Positions 1 to 12,700 of a DNA stretch of 64,000 nucleotides are shown here, piece after piece. Both the position numbers and the translations under genes were made by a program. Source of the stretch: Paragordius varius (Eukaryota > Animalia > Nematomorpha); the NCBI GenBank assembly GCA_964247055.1, contig OZ176050.1, forward strand, positions 310,001 through 374,000. Direction: 5' to 3'. The notes under the pieces are model-generated. The model saw only the letters and a list, made by a program, of their open reading frames with translations. It ran no database searches and was not told where the DNA came from. The stretch's first letter is position 1, and each line of letters begins with the position of its first letter.

Positions 1-108
1 CCAAATTTGATCAGGTGATGTCGCCATAATTTTTTTTGGGTAGTCCTATGGTAGTTCCATCATCACCCCAAATATTTTGGGGATCGGACTATAAATGTAA
101 TTTTTATG

Positions 109-132
109 AATTTTTTAAATATTTAAAAAATT
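109..132. repeat. Perfect 24-bp palindrome aattttttaaatatttaaaaaatt (example copy; present in most monomers)
   Basis: The sequence equals its own reverse complement, read directly at 109-132. Confidence 0.97.
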
Positions 133-160
133 TATTTTATACGATTTTAAAAATAAAAAT

Positions 161-218
161 GGCTACCTAAAATCCAAATTTGATCAGGTGATGTCCCCAT
201 AATTTTTTTTGGGTAGCC
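161..218. repeat. 12-bp inverted repeat with one mismatch, ggctacctaaaa / ttttgggtagcc, 34-nt spacer (example copy; spans the monomer boundary used here)
   Basis: The reverse complement of 161-172 is ttttaggtagcc; positions 207-218 read ttttgggtagcc (11/12 match). Confidence 0.9.
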
Positions 219-864
219 CTATGGTAGTTCCATCATCACCCCAAATATTGTCGAGATCGGAGTATAAATGTAATTTTTTTGAATTTTTTAAATATTTAAA
301 AAATTTATTTTATACGATTTTAAAAATAAAAATGGCTACCTAAAATCCAAATTTGATCAGGTGATGTCGCCATAATTTTTTTTGGGTAGCCCTATGGTAG
401 TTTCATCATCACCCCTAATATTTTGGGGATCGGACTATAAATGTAATTTTTATGAATTTTTTAAATATTTAAAAAATTTATTTTATACGATTTTAAAAAT
501 AAAAATGGCTACCTAAAATCCAAAAATGATCAGGTGATGTCGCCATAATTTTTTTTGGGTAGCCCTATGGTAGTTCTATCATCACCCCGAATACTTTGGG
601 GATCGGACTATAAATGTAATTTTTATGAATTTTTTAAATATTTAAAAAATTTATTTTATACGATTTTAAAAATAAAAATGGCTACTTAAATCCAAATTTG
701 ATCAGGTGATGTCGCCATAATTTTTTTTGGGTAGCCCTATGGTAGTTCCATCATAACCCCAAATATTTTTGAGATCGGACTTTAAATGTAATTTTTATGA
801 ATTTTTTAAATATTTAAAAAATTTATTTTATACGATTTTAAAAAACAAAATGGCTACCTAAAAT

Positions 865-981
865 TCAAATTTGATCAGGTGATGTCGCCATAATTTTTTT
901 TGGGTAGCCCTATGGTAGTTCCATCATCACTTAAAAAATTTATTTTTTACGATTTTAAAAATAAAAATGGCTACCTAAAAT
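865..981 (+). repeat. Truncated 117-bp monomer (56-bp internal deletion)
   Basis: ccatcatcac|ttaaaaaatttatt at 921-944 skips cccaaatatt...ttaaatat. The monomer starts are at 865 and 982. Confidence 0.92.
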
Positions 982-1529
982 CCAAATTTGATCAGGTGAT
1001 GTCCCCATAATTTTTTTTGGGTAGCCCTATGGTAGTTCCATCATCACCCCAAATATTGTCGAGATCGGAGTATAAATGTAATTTTTTTGAATTTTTTAAA
1101 TATTTAAAAAATTTATTTTATACGATTTTAAAAATAAAAATGGCTACCTAAAATCCAAATTTGATCAGGTGATGTCGCCATAATTTTTTTTGGGTAGCCC
1201 TATGGTAGTTCCATCATCACCCCAAATATTTTCGAGATCGGACTATAAATGTAATTTTTATGAATTTTTTAAATATTTAAAAAATTTATTTTATACGATT
1301 TTAAAAATAAAAATGGCTACCTAAAATCCAAATTTGATCAGGTGATGTCCCCATAATTTTTTTTGGGTAGCCCTATGGTAGTTCCATCATCACCCCAAAT
1401 ATTGTCGAGATCGGAGTATAAATGTAATTTTTTTGAATTTTTTAAATATTTAAAAAATTTATTTTATACGATTTTAAAAATAAAAATGGCTACCTAAAAT
1501 CCAAATTTGATCAGGTGATGTCGCCATAA

Positions 1530-4500
1530 TTTTTTTTGGGTAGCCCTATGGTAGTTCCATCATCACCCCAAATATTTTGGGGATCGGACTATAAATGTAA
1601 TTTTTAGGAATTTTTTAAATATTTAAAAAATTTATTTTATACGATTTTAAAAATAAAAATGGCTACCTAAAATCCAAATTTGATCAGGTGATGTCACTAT
1701 AATTTTTTTGGGTAGCCCTATGGTAGTTCCATCATCACCCCAAATATTTTCGAGATCGGAGTATAAATGTAATTTTTAGGAATTTTTTAAATATTTAAAA
1801 AATTTATTTTATACGATTTTAAAAATAAAAATGGCTACCTAAAATCCAAATTTGATCAGGTGATGTCACTATAATTTTTTTGGGTAGCCCTATGGTAGTT
1901 CCATCATCACCCCAAATATTTTCGAGATCGGAGTATAAATGTAATTTTTATGAATTTTTTAAATATTTAAAAAATTTATTTTATACGATTTTAAAAATAA
2001 AAATGGCTACCTAAAATCCAAATTTGATCAGGTGATGTGACCATAATTTTTTTTGGGTAGCCCTATGGTAGTTCCATCATCACCCCAAATATTTTGGGGA
2101 TCGGACTATAAATGTAATTTTTAGGAATTTTTTAAATATTTAAAAAATTTATTTTATACGATTTTAAAAATAAAAATGGCTACCTAAAATCCAAATTTGA
2201 TCAGGTGATGTCACTATAATTTTTTTGGGTAGCCCTATGGTAGTTCCATCATCACCCCAAATATTTTCGAGATCGGACTATAAATGTAATTTTTATGAAT
2301 TTTTTAAATATTTAAAAAATTTATTTTATACGATTTTAAAAATAAAAATGGCTACCTAAAATCCAAATTTGATCAGGTGATGTCACCATAATTTTTTTTG
2401 GGTAGCCCTATGGTATCCATCATCACCCCAAATATTTTTGAGATCGGACTTTAAATGTAATTTTTTTGAATTTTTTAAATATTTAAAAAATTTATTTTAT
2501 ACGATTTTAAAAATAAAAATGGCTACCTAAAATCCAAATTTGATCAGGTGATGTCGCCATAATTTTTTTTGGGTAGCCCTATGGTAGTTCCATCATATCC
2601 CCAAATATTTTTGAGATCGGACTTTAAATGTAATTTTTTTGAATTTTTTAAATATTTAAAAAATTTATTTTATACGATTTTAAAAATAAAAATGGCTACC
2701 TAAAATCCATATTTGATCAGGTGATGTCGCCATAATTTTTTTAGGTAGGCCTATGATAGTTCCATCATCACCCTAAATATTGTCGAGATCGGACTATAAA
2801 TGTAATTTTTATGAATTTTTTAAATATTGAAAAAATTTATTTTATACGATATTAAAAATAAAAATGGCTACCTAAAATCTAAATTTGATCAGGTGATGTC
2901 ACCATAATTTTTTTTGGGTAGCCCTATGGTAATTCCATCATCACCCGAAATATTTCCGAGATCGGAGTATAAATGTAATTTTTATGAATTTTTTAAATAT
3001 TTAAAAAATTTATTTTATACGATTTTAAAAATAAAAATGGCTACCTAAAATCCAAATTTGATAAGGTGATGTCGCCATAATTTTTTTTGGGTAGCCCTAT
3101 GGTAGTTCCATCATAACCCCAAATATTTTTGAGATCGGACTTTAAATGTAATTTTTTTGAATTTTTTAAATATTTAAAAAATTTATTTTATACGATTTTA
3201 AAAATATAAATGGCTACCTAAAATCCAAATTTGATCAGGTGATGTCACCATAATTTTTTTTGGGTAGCCCTATGGTAGTTCCATCATCACCCCAAATATT
3301 TCCGAGATCGGAGTATAAATGTAATTTTTATGAATTTTTTAAATTTTTAAAAAATTTATTTTATACGATTTTAAAAATAAAAATGGCTACCTAAAATCCA
3401 AATTTGATCAGGTGATGTCACTATAATTTTTTTGGGTAGCCCTATGGTAGTTCCATCATCACCCCAAATATTTTGGGGATCGGACTATAAATGTAATTTT
3501 TAGGAATTTTTTAAATATTTAAAAAATTTATTTTATACGATTTTAAAAATAAAAATGGCTACCTAAAATCCAAATTTGATCAGGTGATGTCACTATAATT
3601 TTTTTGGGTAGCCCTATGGTAGTTCCATCATCACCCCAAATATTTTCGAGATCGGAGTATAAATGTAATTTTTAGGAATTTTTTAAATATTTAAAAAATT
3701 TATTTTATACGATTTTAAAAATAAAAATGGCTACCTAAAATCCAAATTTGATCAGGTGATGTCACTATAATTTTTTTGGGTAGCCCTATGGTAGTTCCAT
3801 CATCACCCCAAATATTTTCGAGATCGGAGTATAAATGTAATTTTTATGAATTTTTTAAATATTTAAAAAATTTATTTTATACGATTTTAAAAATAAAAAT
3901 GGCTACCTAAAATCCAAATTTGATCAGGTGATGTGACCATAATTTTTTTTGGGTAGCCCTATGGTAGTTCCATCATCACCCCAAATATTTTGGGGATCGG
4001 ACTATAAATGTAATTTTTAGGAATTTTTTAAATATTTAAAAAATTTATTTTATACGATTTTAAAAATAAAAATGGCTACCTAAAATCCAAATTTGATCAG
4101 GTGATGTCACTATAATTTTTTTGGGTAGCCCTATGGTAGTTCCATCATCACCCCAAATATTTTCGAGATCGGACTATAAATGTAATTTTTATGAATTTTT
4201 TAAATATTTAAAAAATTTATTTTATACGATTTTAAAAATAAAAATGGCTACCTAAAATCCAAATTTGATCAGGTGATGTCACCATAATTTTTTTTGGGTA
4301 GCCCTATGGTATCCATCATCACCCCAAATATTTTTGAGATCGGACTTTAAATGTAATTTTTTTGAATTTTTTAAATATTTAAAAAATTTATTTTATACGA
4401 TTTTAAAAATAAAAATGGCTACCTAAAATCCAAATTTGATCAGGTGATGTCGCCATAATTTTTTTTGGGTAGCCCTATGGTAGTTCCATCATATCCCCAA

Positions 4501-4876
4501 ATATTTTTGAGATCGGACTTTAAATGTAATTTTTTTGAATTTTTTAAATATTTAAAAAATTTATTTTATACGATTTTAAAAATAAAAATGGCTACCTAAA
4601 ATCCATATTTGATCAGGTGATGTCGCCATAATTTTTTTAGGTAGGCCTATGATAGTTCCATCATCACCCTAAATATTGTCGAGATCGGACTATAAATGTA
4701 ATTTTTATGAATTTTTTAAATATTGAAAAAATTTATTTTATACGATATTAAAAATAAAAATGGCTACCTAAAATCTAAATTTGATCAGGTGATGTCACCA
4801 TAATTTTTTTTGGGTAGCCCTATGGTAATTCCATCATCACCCGAAATATTTCCGAGATCGGAGTATAAATGTAATT
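1530..4876 (+). repeat. 11-monomer higher-order repeat (period 1,896 bp), about 1.8 tandem copies
   Basis: Diagnostic variants recur at offset 1,896: tggtatccat 2,411/4,307 and taaaatccatattt...taggtaggcctatgata 2,701/4,597. The order of the cact, gtgacc and tatccc monomers is also repeated. Confidence 0.88.
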
Positions 4877-5509
4877 TCTATGAATTTTTTAAATATTTAA
4901 AAAATTTATTTTATACGATTTTAAAAATAAAAATGGCTACCTAAAATCCAAATTTGATCAGGTGATGTCACTATAATTTTTTTGGGTAGCCCTATGGTAG
5001 TTCCATCATCACCCCAAATATTTTGGGGATCGGACTATAAATGTAATTTTTAGGAATTTTTTAAATATTTAAAAAATTTATTTTATACGATTTTAAAAAT
5101 AAAAATCGCTACCTAAAATCCAAATTTGATCAGGTGATGTCACTATAATTTTTTTGGGTAGCCCTATGGTAGTTCCATCATCACCCCAAATATTTTCGAG
5201 ATCGGAGTATAAATGTAATTTTTAGGAATTTTTTAAATATTTAAAAAATTTATTTTATACGATTTTAAAAATAAAAATGGCTACCTAAAATCCAAATTTG
5301 ATCAGGTGATGTCACTATAATTTTTTTGGGTAGCCCTATGGTAGTTCCATCATCACCCCAAATATTTTCGAGATCGGAGTATAAATGTAATTTTTATGAA
5401 TTTTTTAAATATTTAAAAAATTTATTTTATACGATTTTAAAAATAAAAATGGCTACCTAAAATCCAAATTTGATCAGCTGATGTTACCATAATTTTTTTT
5501 GGGTAGCCC

Positions 5510-8500
5510 TATGGTAGTTCCATCATCACCCCAAATATTTTCGAGATCGGAGTATAAATGTAATTTTTATGAATTTTTTAAATATTTAAAAAATTTATTT
5601 TATACGATTGTAAAAATAAAAATGGCTACCTAAAATCCAAATTTGATCAGGTTATGTCGCCATAATTTTTTTTCTGAGCCCTATGGTAGTTCCATCATCA
5701 CCCCAAATATTGTCGAGATCGGAGTATAAATGTAGTTTTTTTGAATTTTTTTAATATTTAAAAAATTTATTTTATACGATTTTAAAAATAAAAATGGCTA
5801 CCTAAAATCCAAATTTGATCAGGTGATGTCGCCATAATTTTTTTAGGTAGGCCTATGATAGTTCCATCATCACCCTAAATATTGTCGAGATCGGACTATA
5901 AATGTAATTTTTATGAATTTTTTAAATATTGAAAAAATTTATTTTATACTATATTAAAAATAAAAATGGCTACCTAAAATCTAAATTTGATCAGGTGATG
6001 TCACCATAATTTTTTTTGGGTAGCCCTATGGTAATTCCATCATCACTTCAAATATTTTCGAGATCGGAGTATAAATGTAATTTCTATGAATTTTTTAAAT
6101 ATTTAAAAAATTTATTTTATACGATTTTAAAAATAAAAATGGCTACCTAAAATCCAAATTTGATCAGGTGATGTCACTATAATTTTTTTTGGGTAGCCCT
6201 ATGGTAGTTCCATCATCACCCCAAATATTTTCGAGATCGGAGTATAAATGTAATTTTTATGAATTTTTTAAATATTTAAAAAATTTATTTTATACGATTT
6301 TAAAAATAAAAATGGCTACCTAAAATCCAAATTTGATCAGGTGATGTCACCATAATTTTTTTTGGGTAGCCCTATGGTAGTTCCATCATCACCCCAAATA
6401 TTTTGGGGATCGGACTATAAATGTAATTTTTATGAATTTTTTAAATATTTAAAAAATTTATTTTATACGATTTTAAAAATAAAAATGGCTACCTAAAATC
6501 CAAATTTGATAAGGTGATGTCGCCATAATTTTTTTTGGGTAGCCCTATGGTAGTTCCATCATAACCCTAAATATTTTTGAGATCGGACTTTAAATGTAAT
6601 TTTTTTAAATTTTTTAAATATTTAAAAAATTTATTTTATACGATTTTAAAAATATAAATGGCTACCTAAAATCCAAATTTGATCAGGTGATGTCACCATA
6701 ATTTTTTTTGGGTAGCCCTATGGTAGTTCCATCATCACCCCAAATATTTTCGAGATCGGAGTATAAATGTAATTTTTATGAATTTTTTAAATTTTTAAAA
6801 AATTTATTTTATACGATTTTAAAAATAAAAATGGCTACCTAAAATCCAAATTTGATCAGGTGATGTCACTATAATTTTTTTGGGTAGCCCTATGGTAGTT
6901 CCATCATCACCCCAAATATTTTGGGGATCGGAATATAAATGTAATTTTTATGAATTTTTTAAATATTTAAAAAATTTATTTTATACGATTTTAAAAATAA
7001 AAATGGCTACCTAAAATCCAAATTTGATCAGCTGATGTGACCATAATTTTTTTTGGGTAGCCCTATGGTAGTTCCATCATCACCCCAAATATTTTGGGGA
7101 TCGGACTATAAATGTAATTTTTAGGAATTTTTTAAATATTTAAAAAATTTATTTTATACGATTTTAAAAATAAAAATGGCTACCTAAAATCCAAATTTGA
7201 TCAGGTGATGTCACTATAATTTTTTTGGGTAGCCCTATGGTAGTTCCATCATCACCCCAAATATTTTCGAGATCGGACTATAAATGTAATTTTTATGAAT
7301 TTTTTAAATATTTAAAAAATTTATTTTATACGATTTTAAAAATAAAAATGGCTACCTAAAATCCAAATTTGATCAGGTGATGTCACCATAATTTTTTTTG
7401 GGTAGCCCTATGGTATCCATCATCACCCCAAATATTTTCGAGATCGGAGTATAAATGTAATTTTTATGAATTTTTTAAATATTTAAAAAATTTATTTTAT
7501 ACGATTTTAAAAATAAAAATGGCTACCTAAAATCCAAATTTGATCAGGTGATGTCACCATAATTTTTTTTGGGTAGCCCTATGGTAGTTCCATCATCACC
7601 CCAAATATTTTGGGGATCGGACTATAAATGTAATTTTTATGAATTTTTTAAATATTTAAAAAATTTATTTTATACGATTTTAAAAATAAAAATGGCTACC
7701 TAAAATCCAAATTTGATAAGGTGATGTCGCCATAATTTTTTTTGGGTAGCCCTATGGTAGTTCCATCATAACCCCAAATATTTTTGAGATCGGACTTTAA
7801 ATGTAATTTTTTTGAATTTTTTAAATATTTAAAAAATTTATTTTATACGATTTTAAAAATATAAATGGCTACCTAAAATCCAAATTTGATCAGGTGATGT
7901 CACCATAATTTTTTTTGGGTAGCCCTATGGTAGTTCCATCATCACCCCAAATATTTCCGAGATCGGAGTATAAATGTAATTTTTTTGAATTTTTTAAATA
8001 TTTAAAAAATTTATTTTATACGATTTTAAAAATAAAAATGGCTACCTAAAATCCAAATTTGATCAGGTGATGTCGCCATAATTTTTTTTGAGTAGCCCTA
8101 TGGTAGTTCCATCATCACCCCAAATATTTTGGGGATCGGACTATAAATGTAATTTTTAGGAATTTTTTAAATATTTAAAAAATTTATTTTATACGATTTT
8201 AAAAATAAAAATGGCTACCTAAAATCCAAATTTGATCAGGTGATGTCACCATAATTTTTTTTGGGTAGCCCTATGGTAGTTCCATCATCACCCCAAATAT
8301 TTTCGAGATCGGGATATAAATGTAATTTTTAGGAATTTTTTAAATATTTAAAAAATTTATTTTATACGATTTTAAAAATAAAAATGGCTACCTAAAATCC
8401 AAATTTGATCAGGTGATGTCACTATAATTTTTTTGGGTAGCCCTATGGTAGTTCCATCATCACCCCAAATATTTTCGAGATCGGAGTATAAATGTAATTT

Positions 8501-9710
8501 TTATGAATTTTTTAAATATTTAAAAAATTTATTTTATACGATTTTAAAAATAAAAATGGCTACCTAAAATCCAAATTTGATCAGGTGATGTCGCCATAAT
8601 TTTTTTTGGGTAGCCCTATAGTAGTTCCATCATCACCCCAAATATTTTCGAGATCGGAGTATAAATGTAATTTTTATGAATTTTTTAAATATTTAAAAAA
8701 TTTATTTTATACGATTTTAAAAATAAAAATGGCTCCCTAAAATCCAAATTTGATCAGGTGATGTCGCCATAAATTTTTTTTGGGTAGCCCTATGGTAGTT
8801 CCATCATCACCCCAAATATTTTCGAGATCGGAGTATAAATGTAATTTTTATGAATTTTTTAAATATTTAAAAAATTTATTTTATACGATTGTAAAAATAA
8901 AAATGGCTACCTAAAATCCAAATTTGATCAGGTTATGTCGCCATAATTTTTTTTCTGAGCCCTATGGTAGTTCCATCATCACCCCAAATATTGTCGAGAT
9001 CGGAGTATAAATGTAGTTTTTTTGAATTTTTTTAATATTTAAAAAATTTATTTTATACGATTTTAAAAATAAAAATGGCTACCTAAAATCCAAATTTGAT
9101 CAGGTGATGTCGCCATAATTTTTTTAGGTAGGCCTATGATAGTTCCATCATCACCCTAAATATTGTCGAGATCGGACTATAAATGTAATTTTTATGAATT
9201 TTTTAAATATTGAAAAAATTTATTTTATACTATATTAAAAATAAAAATGGCTACCTAAAATCTAAATTTGATCAGGTGATGTCACCATAATTTTTTTTGG
9301 GTAGCCCTATGGTAATTCCATCATCACTTCAAATATTTTCGAGATCGGAGTATAAATGTAATTTCTATGAATTTTTTAAATATTTAAAAAATTTATTTTA
9401 TACGATTTTAAAAATAAAAATGGCTACCTAAAATCCAAATTTGATCAGGTGATGTCACTATAATTTTTTTTGGGTAGCCCTATGGTAGTTCCATCATCAC
9501 CCCAAATATTTTCGAGATCGGAGTATAAATGTAATTTTTATGAATTTTTTAAATATTTAAAAAATTTATTTTATACGATTTTAAAAATAAAAATGGCTAC
9601 CTAAAATCCAAATTTGATCAGGTGATGTCACCATAATTTTTTTTGGGTAGCCCTATGGTAGTTCCATCATCACCCCAAATATTTTGGGGATCGGACTATA
9701 AATGTAATTT
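5510..9710 (+). repeat. 19-monomer-offset duplication (3,281 bp): ~5,510-6,429 repeated at ~8,791-9,710, second copy cut by junction 1
   Basis: Shared rare variants: gattgtaaaa (G at 5,610/8,891), ggttatgtcg, tttttctgagccc, tatactatatt, catcacttcaaat and gtaatttcta. Confidence 0.88.
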
Positions 9711-9725
9711 GATCAAATTTGGATT
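9701..9725. other. Inversion junction 1 (+ to -)
   Basis: aatgtaattt|gatcaaatttgga: a forward monomer cut after gtaattt is joined to a reverse monomer at (t)gatcaaattt. T9710 can belong to either side, and there is no inserted sequence. Confidence 0.96.
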
Positions 9726-12700
9726 TTAGGTAGCCATTTTTATTTTTAAAATCGTATAAAATAAATTTTTTAAATATTTAAAAAATTCATAAAAATTACA
9801 TTTATACTCCGATCTCGAAAATATTTGGGGTGATGATGGAACTACCATAGGGCTGCCCAAAAAAAATTATGGTGACATCACCTGATCAAATTTGGATTTT
9901 AGGTAGCCATTTTTATTTTTAAAATCGTATAAAATAAATTTTTTAAATATTTAAAAAATTCATAAAAATTACATTTATACTCCGATCTCGAAAATATTTG
10001 GGGTGATGATGGAACTACCATAGGGCTACCCAAAAAAAATTATGGTGACATCACCTGATCAAATTTGGATTTTAGGTAGCCATTTTTATTTTTAAAATCG
10101 TATAATATAAATTTTTTAAATATTTAAAAAATTCATAAAAATTACATTTATACTCCGATCTCGAAAATAATTGGGGTGATGATGGAACTACCATAGGGCT
10201 ACCCAAAAAAAATTATGGTGACATCACCTGATCAAATTTGGATTTTAGGTAGCCATTTTTATTTTTAAAATCGTATAAAATAAATTTTTTAAATATTTAA
10301 AAACTTCATAAAAATTACATTTATAGTCCGATCCCCAAAATATTTGGGGTGATGATGGAACTACCATAGGGCTACCCAAAAAAAATTATGACGACATCAC
10401 CTCATCAAATTTGGATTTTAGGTAGCCATTTTTATTTTTAAAATCGTATAAAATAAATTTTTTAAATATTTAAAAAATTCAAAAAAATTACATTTATACT
10501 CCGATCCCCAAAATATTTGGGGTGATGATGGAACTACCATAGGGCTACCCAAAAAAAATTATGACGACATCACCTCATCAAATTTGGATTTTAGGTAGCC
10601 ATTTTTATTTTTAAAATCGTATAAAATAAATTTTTTAAATATTTAAAAAATTCAAAAAAATTACATTTATACTCCGATCTCGAAAATATTTGGGGTGATG
10701 ATGGAACTACCATAGGGCTACCCAAAAAAAATTATGGCGACATCACCTGATCAAATTTGGATTTTAGGTAGCCATTTTTATTTTTAAAATCGTATAAAAT
10801 AAATTTTTTAAATATTTAAAAAATTCAAAAAAATTACATTTATACTCCGATCTCGAAAATATTTGGGGTGATGATGGAACTACCATAGGGCTGCCCAAAA
10901 AAAATTATGGTGACATCACCTGATCAAATTTGGATTTTAGGTAGCCATTTTTATTTTTAAAATCGTATAAAATAAATTTTTTAAATATTTAAAAAATTCA
11001 TAAAAATTACATTTATACTCCGATCTCGAAAATATTTGGGGTGATGATGGAACTACTATAGGGCTACCCAAAAAAAATTATGGCGACATCACCTGATCAA
11101 ATTTGGATTTTAGGTAGCCATTTTTATTTTTAAAATCGTATAAAATAAATTTTTTAAATATTTAAAAACTTCATAAAAATTACATTTATAGTCCGATCCC
11201 CAAAATATTTGGGGTGATGATGGAACTACCATAGGGCTACCCAAAAAAAATTATGACGACATCACCTCATCAAATTTGGATTTTAGGTAGCCATTTTTAT
11301 TTTTAAAATCGTATAAAATAAATTTTTTAAATATTTAAAAAATTCAAAAAAATTACATTTATACTCCGATCTCGAAAATATTTGGGGTGATGATGGAACT
11401 ACCATAGGGCTACCCAAAAAAAATTATGGTGACATCACCTGATCAAATTTGGATTTTAGGTAGCCATTTTTATTTTTAAAATCGTATAAAATAAATTTTT
11501 TAAATATTTAAAAACTTCATAAAAATTACATTTATAGTCCGATCCCCAAAATATTTGGGGTGATGATGGAACTACCATAGGGCTATCCAAAAAAATTATA
11601 GTGACATCACCTGATCAAATTTGGATTTTAGGTAGCCATTTTTATTTTTAAAATCGTATAAAATAAATTTTTTAAATATTTAAAAAATTCATAAAAATTA
11701 CATTTATACTCTGATCTCGAAAATATTTGGGGTGATGATGGAACTACCATAGGGCTACCCAAAAAAAATTATGGTGACATCACCTGATCAAATTTAGATT
11801 TTAGGTAGCCATTTTTTAAAATCGTATAAAATAAATTTTTTAAATATTTAAAAAATTCATAAAAATTACATTTATAGTCCGATCCCCAAAATATTTGGGG
11901 TGATGATGGAACTACCATAGGGCTACCCAAAAATTTTATAGTGACATCACCTGATCAAATTTGGATTTTAGGTAGCCATTTTTATTTTTAAAATCGTATA
12001 AAATAAATTTTTTAAATATTTAAAAAATTCATAAAAATTACATTTATACTCCAATCTCGAAAATATTTGGGGTGATGATGGAACTAACATAGGGCTACCC
12101 AAAAAAAATTATGGTGACATCACCTGATCAAATTTGGATTTTAGGTAGCCATTTTTATTTATAAAATCGTATAAAATAAATTTTTTAAATATTTAAAAAA
12201 TTCATAAAAATTACATTTATACTCCGATCACGAAAATATTTGGGGTGATGATGGAACTAACATAGGGCTACCCAAAAAAAATTATGGTGACATCACCTGA
12301 TCAAATTTGGATTTTAGGTAGCCATTTTTATTTTTAAAATCGTATAAAATAAATTTTTTAAATATTTAAAAAATTCATAAAAATTACATTTATACTCCGA
12401 TCTCGAAAATATTTGGGGTGATGATGGAACTACCATAGGGCTACCCAAAAAAAATTATGGTGATATCACCTGATCAAATTTGGATTTTAGGTAGCCATTT
12501 TTATTTTTAAAATCGTATAAAATAAATTTTTTAAATATTTAAAAAATTCATAAAAATTACATTTATACTCCGATCTCGAAAATATTTGGGGTGATGATGG
12601 AACTACCATAGGGCTACCCAAAAAAAATTATGGCGACATCACCTGATCAAATTTGGATTTTAGGTAGCCATTTTTATTTTTAAAATCGTATAAAATAAAT

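Larger units (their letters stand above)
1..9710 (+). repeat. Satellite block 1, forward orientation (~56 monomers)
   Basis: Monomers read ...gatcaggtgatg...gggtagccctatgg... up to ...ggactataaatgtaattt at 9,710. Confidence 0.98.

Noticed and set aside
25-45. T7/T8/T9 run-length differences as independent slippage or sequencing noise
   Set aside because: T7 is mostly linked to specific haplotypes such as gtcact and is copied faithfully between duplicates. It is a real inherited variant and not a separate finding.
66-88. G-quadruplex or i-motif potential from cccc/gggg runs
   Set aside because: Each strand has too few closely spaced G-runs per monomer to make four tracts, so simple hairpin pairing is the likelier structure.
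90-96. TATA-like tataaa(t) in each monomer
   Set aside because: Such motifs are expected by chance at 73% AT, and there is no downstream gene or other promoter evidence.
159-170. Mini-ORF ATG GCT ACC TAA (M-A-T-stop) in an aaaaATGG context in each monomer
   Set aside because: It has only three codons. Stops are frequent in this AT-rich repeat and I saw no sign of a coding region, so it is expected by chance.
1-173. Assignment to a known satellite of similar length (primate 171-bp alpha satellite, Arabidopsis CEN178/180, honeybee AluI repeat)
   Set aside because: Only the length is similar. I recognise no diagnostic sequence and cannot run a database search, so no family or species is named.
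249-265. Possible CENP-B box in ttcgagatcgg(g/a)
   Set aside because: The core NTTCGNNNNANNCGGGN needs 7 nt between TTCG and CGGG. Here the spacing is 4 nt, and most copies read cgga.
9701-9725. Junction 1 as a fold-back (hairpin) chimeric-read artefact
   Set aside because: The sequence right of the junction is not the mirror image of the left side, as they carry different variant sets. The junction is also reciprocal with junction 2. Raw reads are still needed for formal exclusion.
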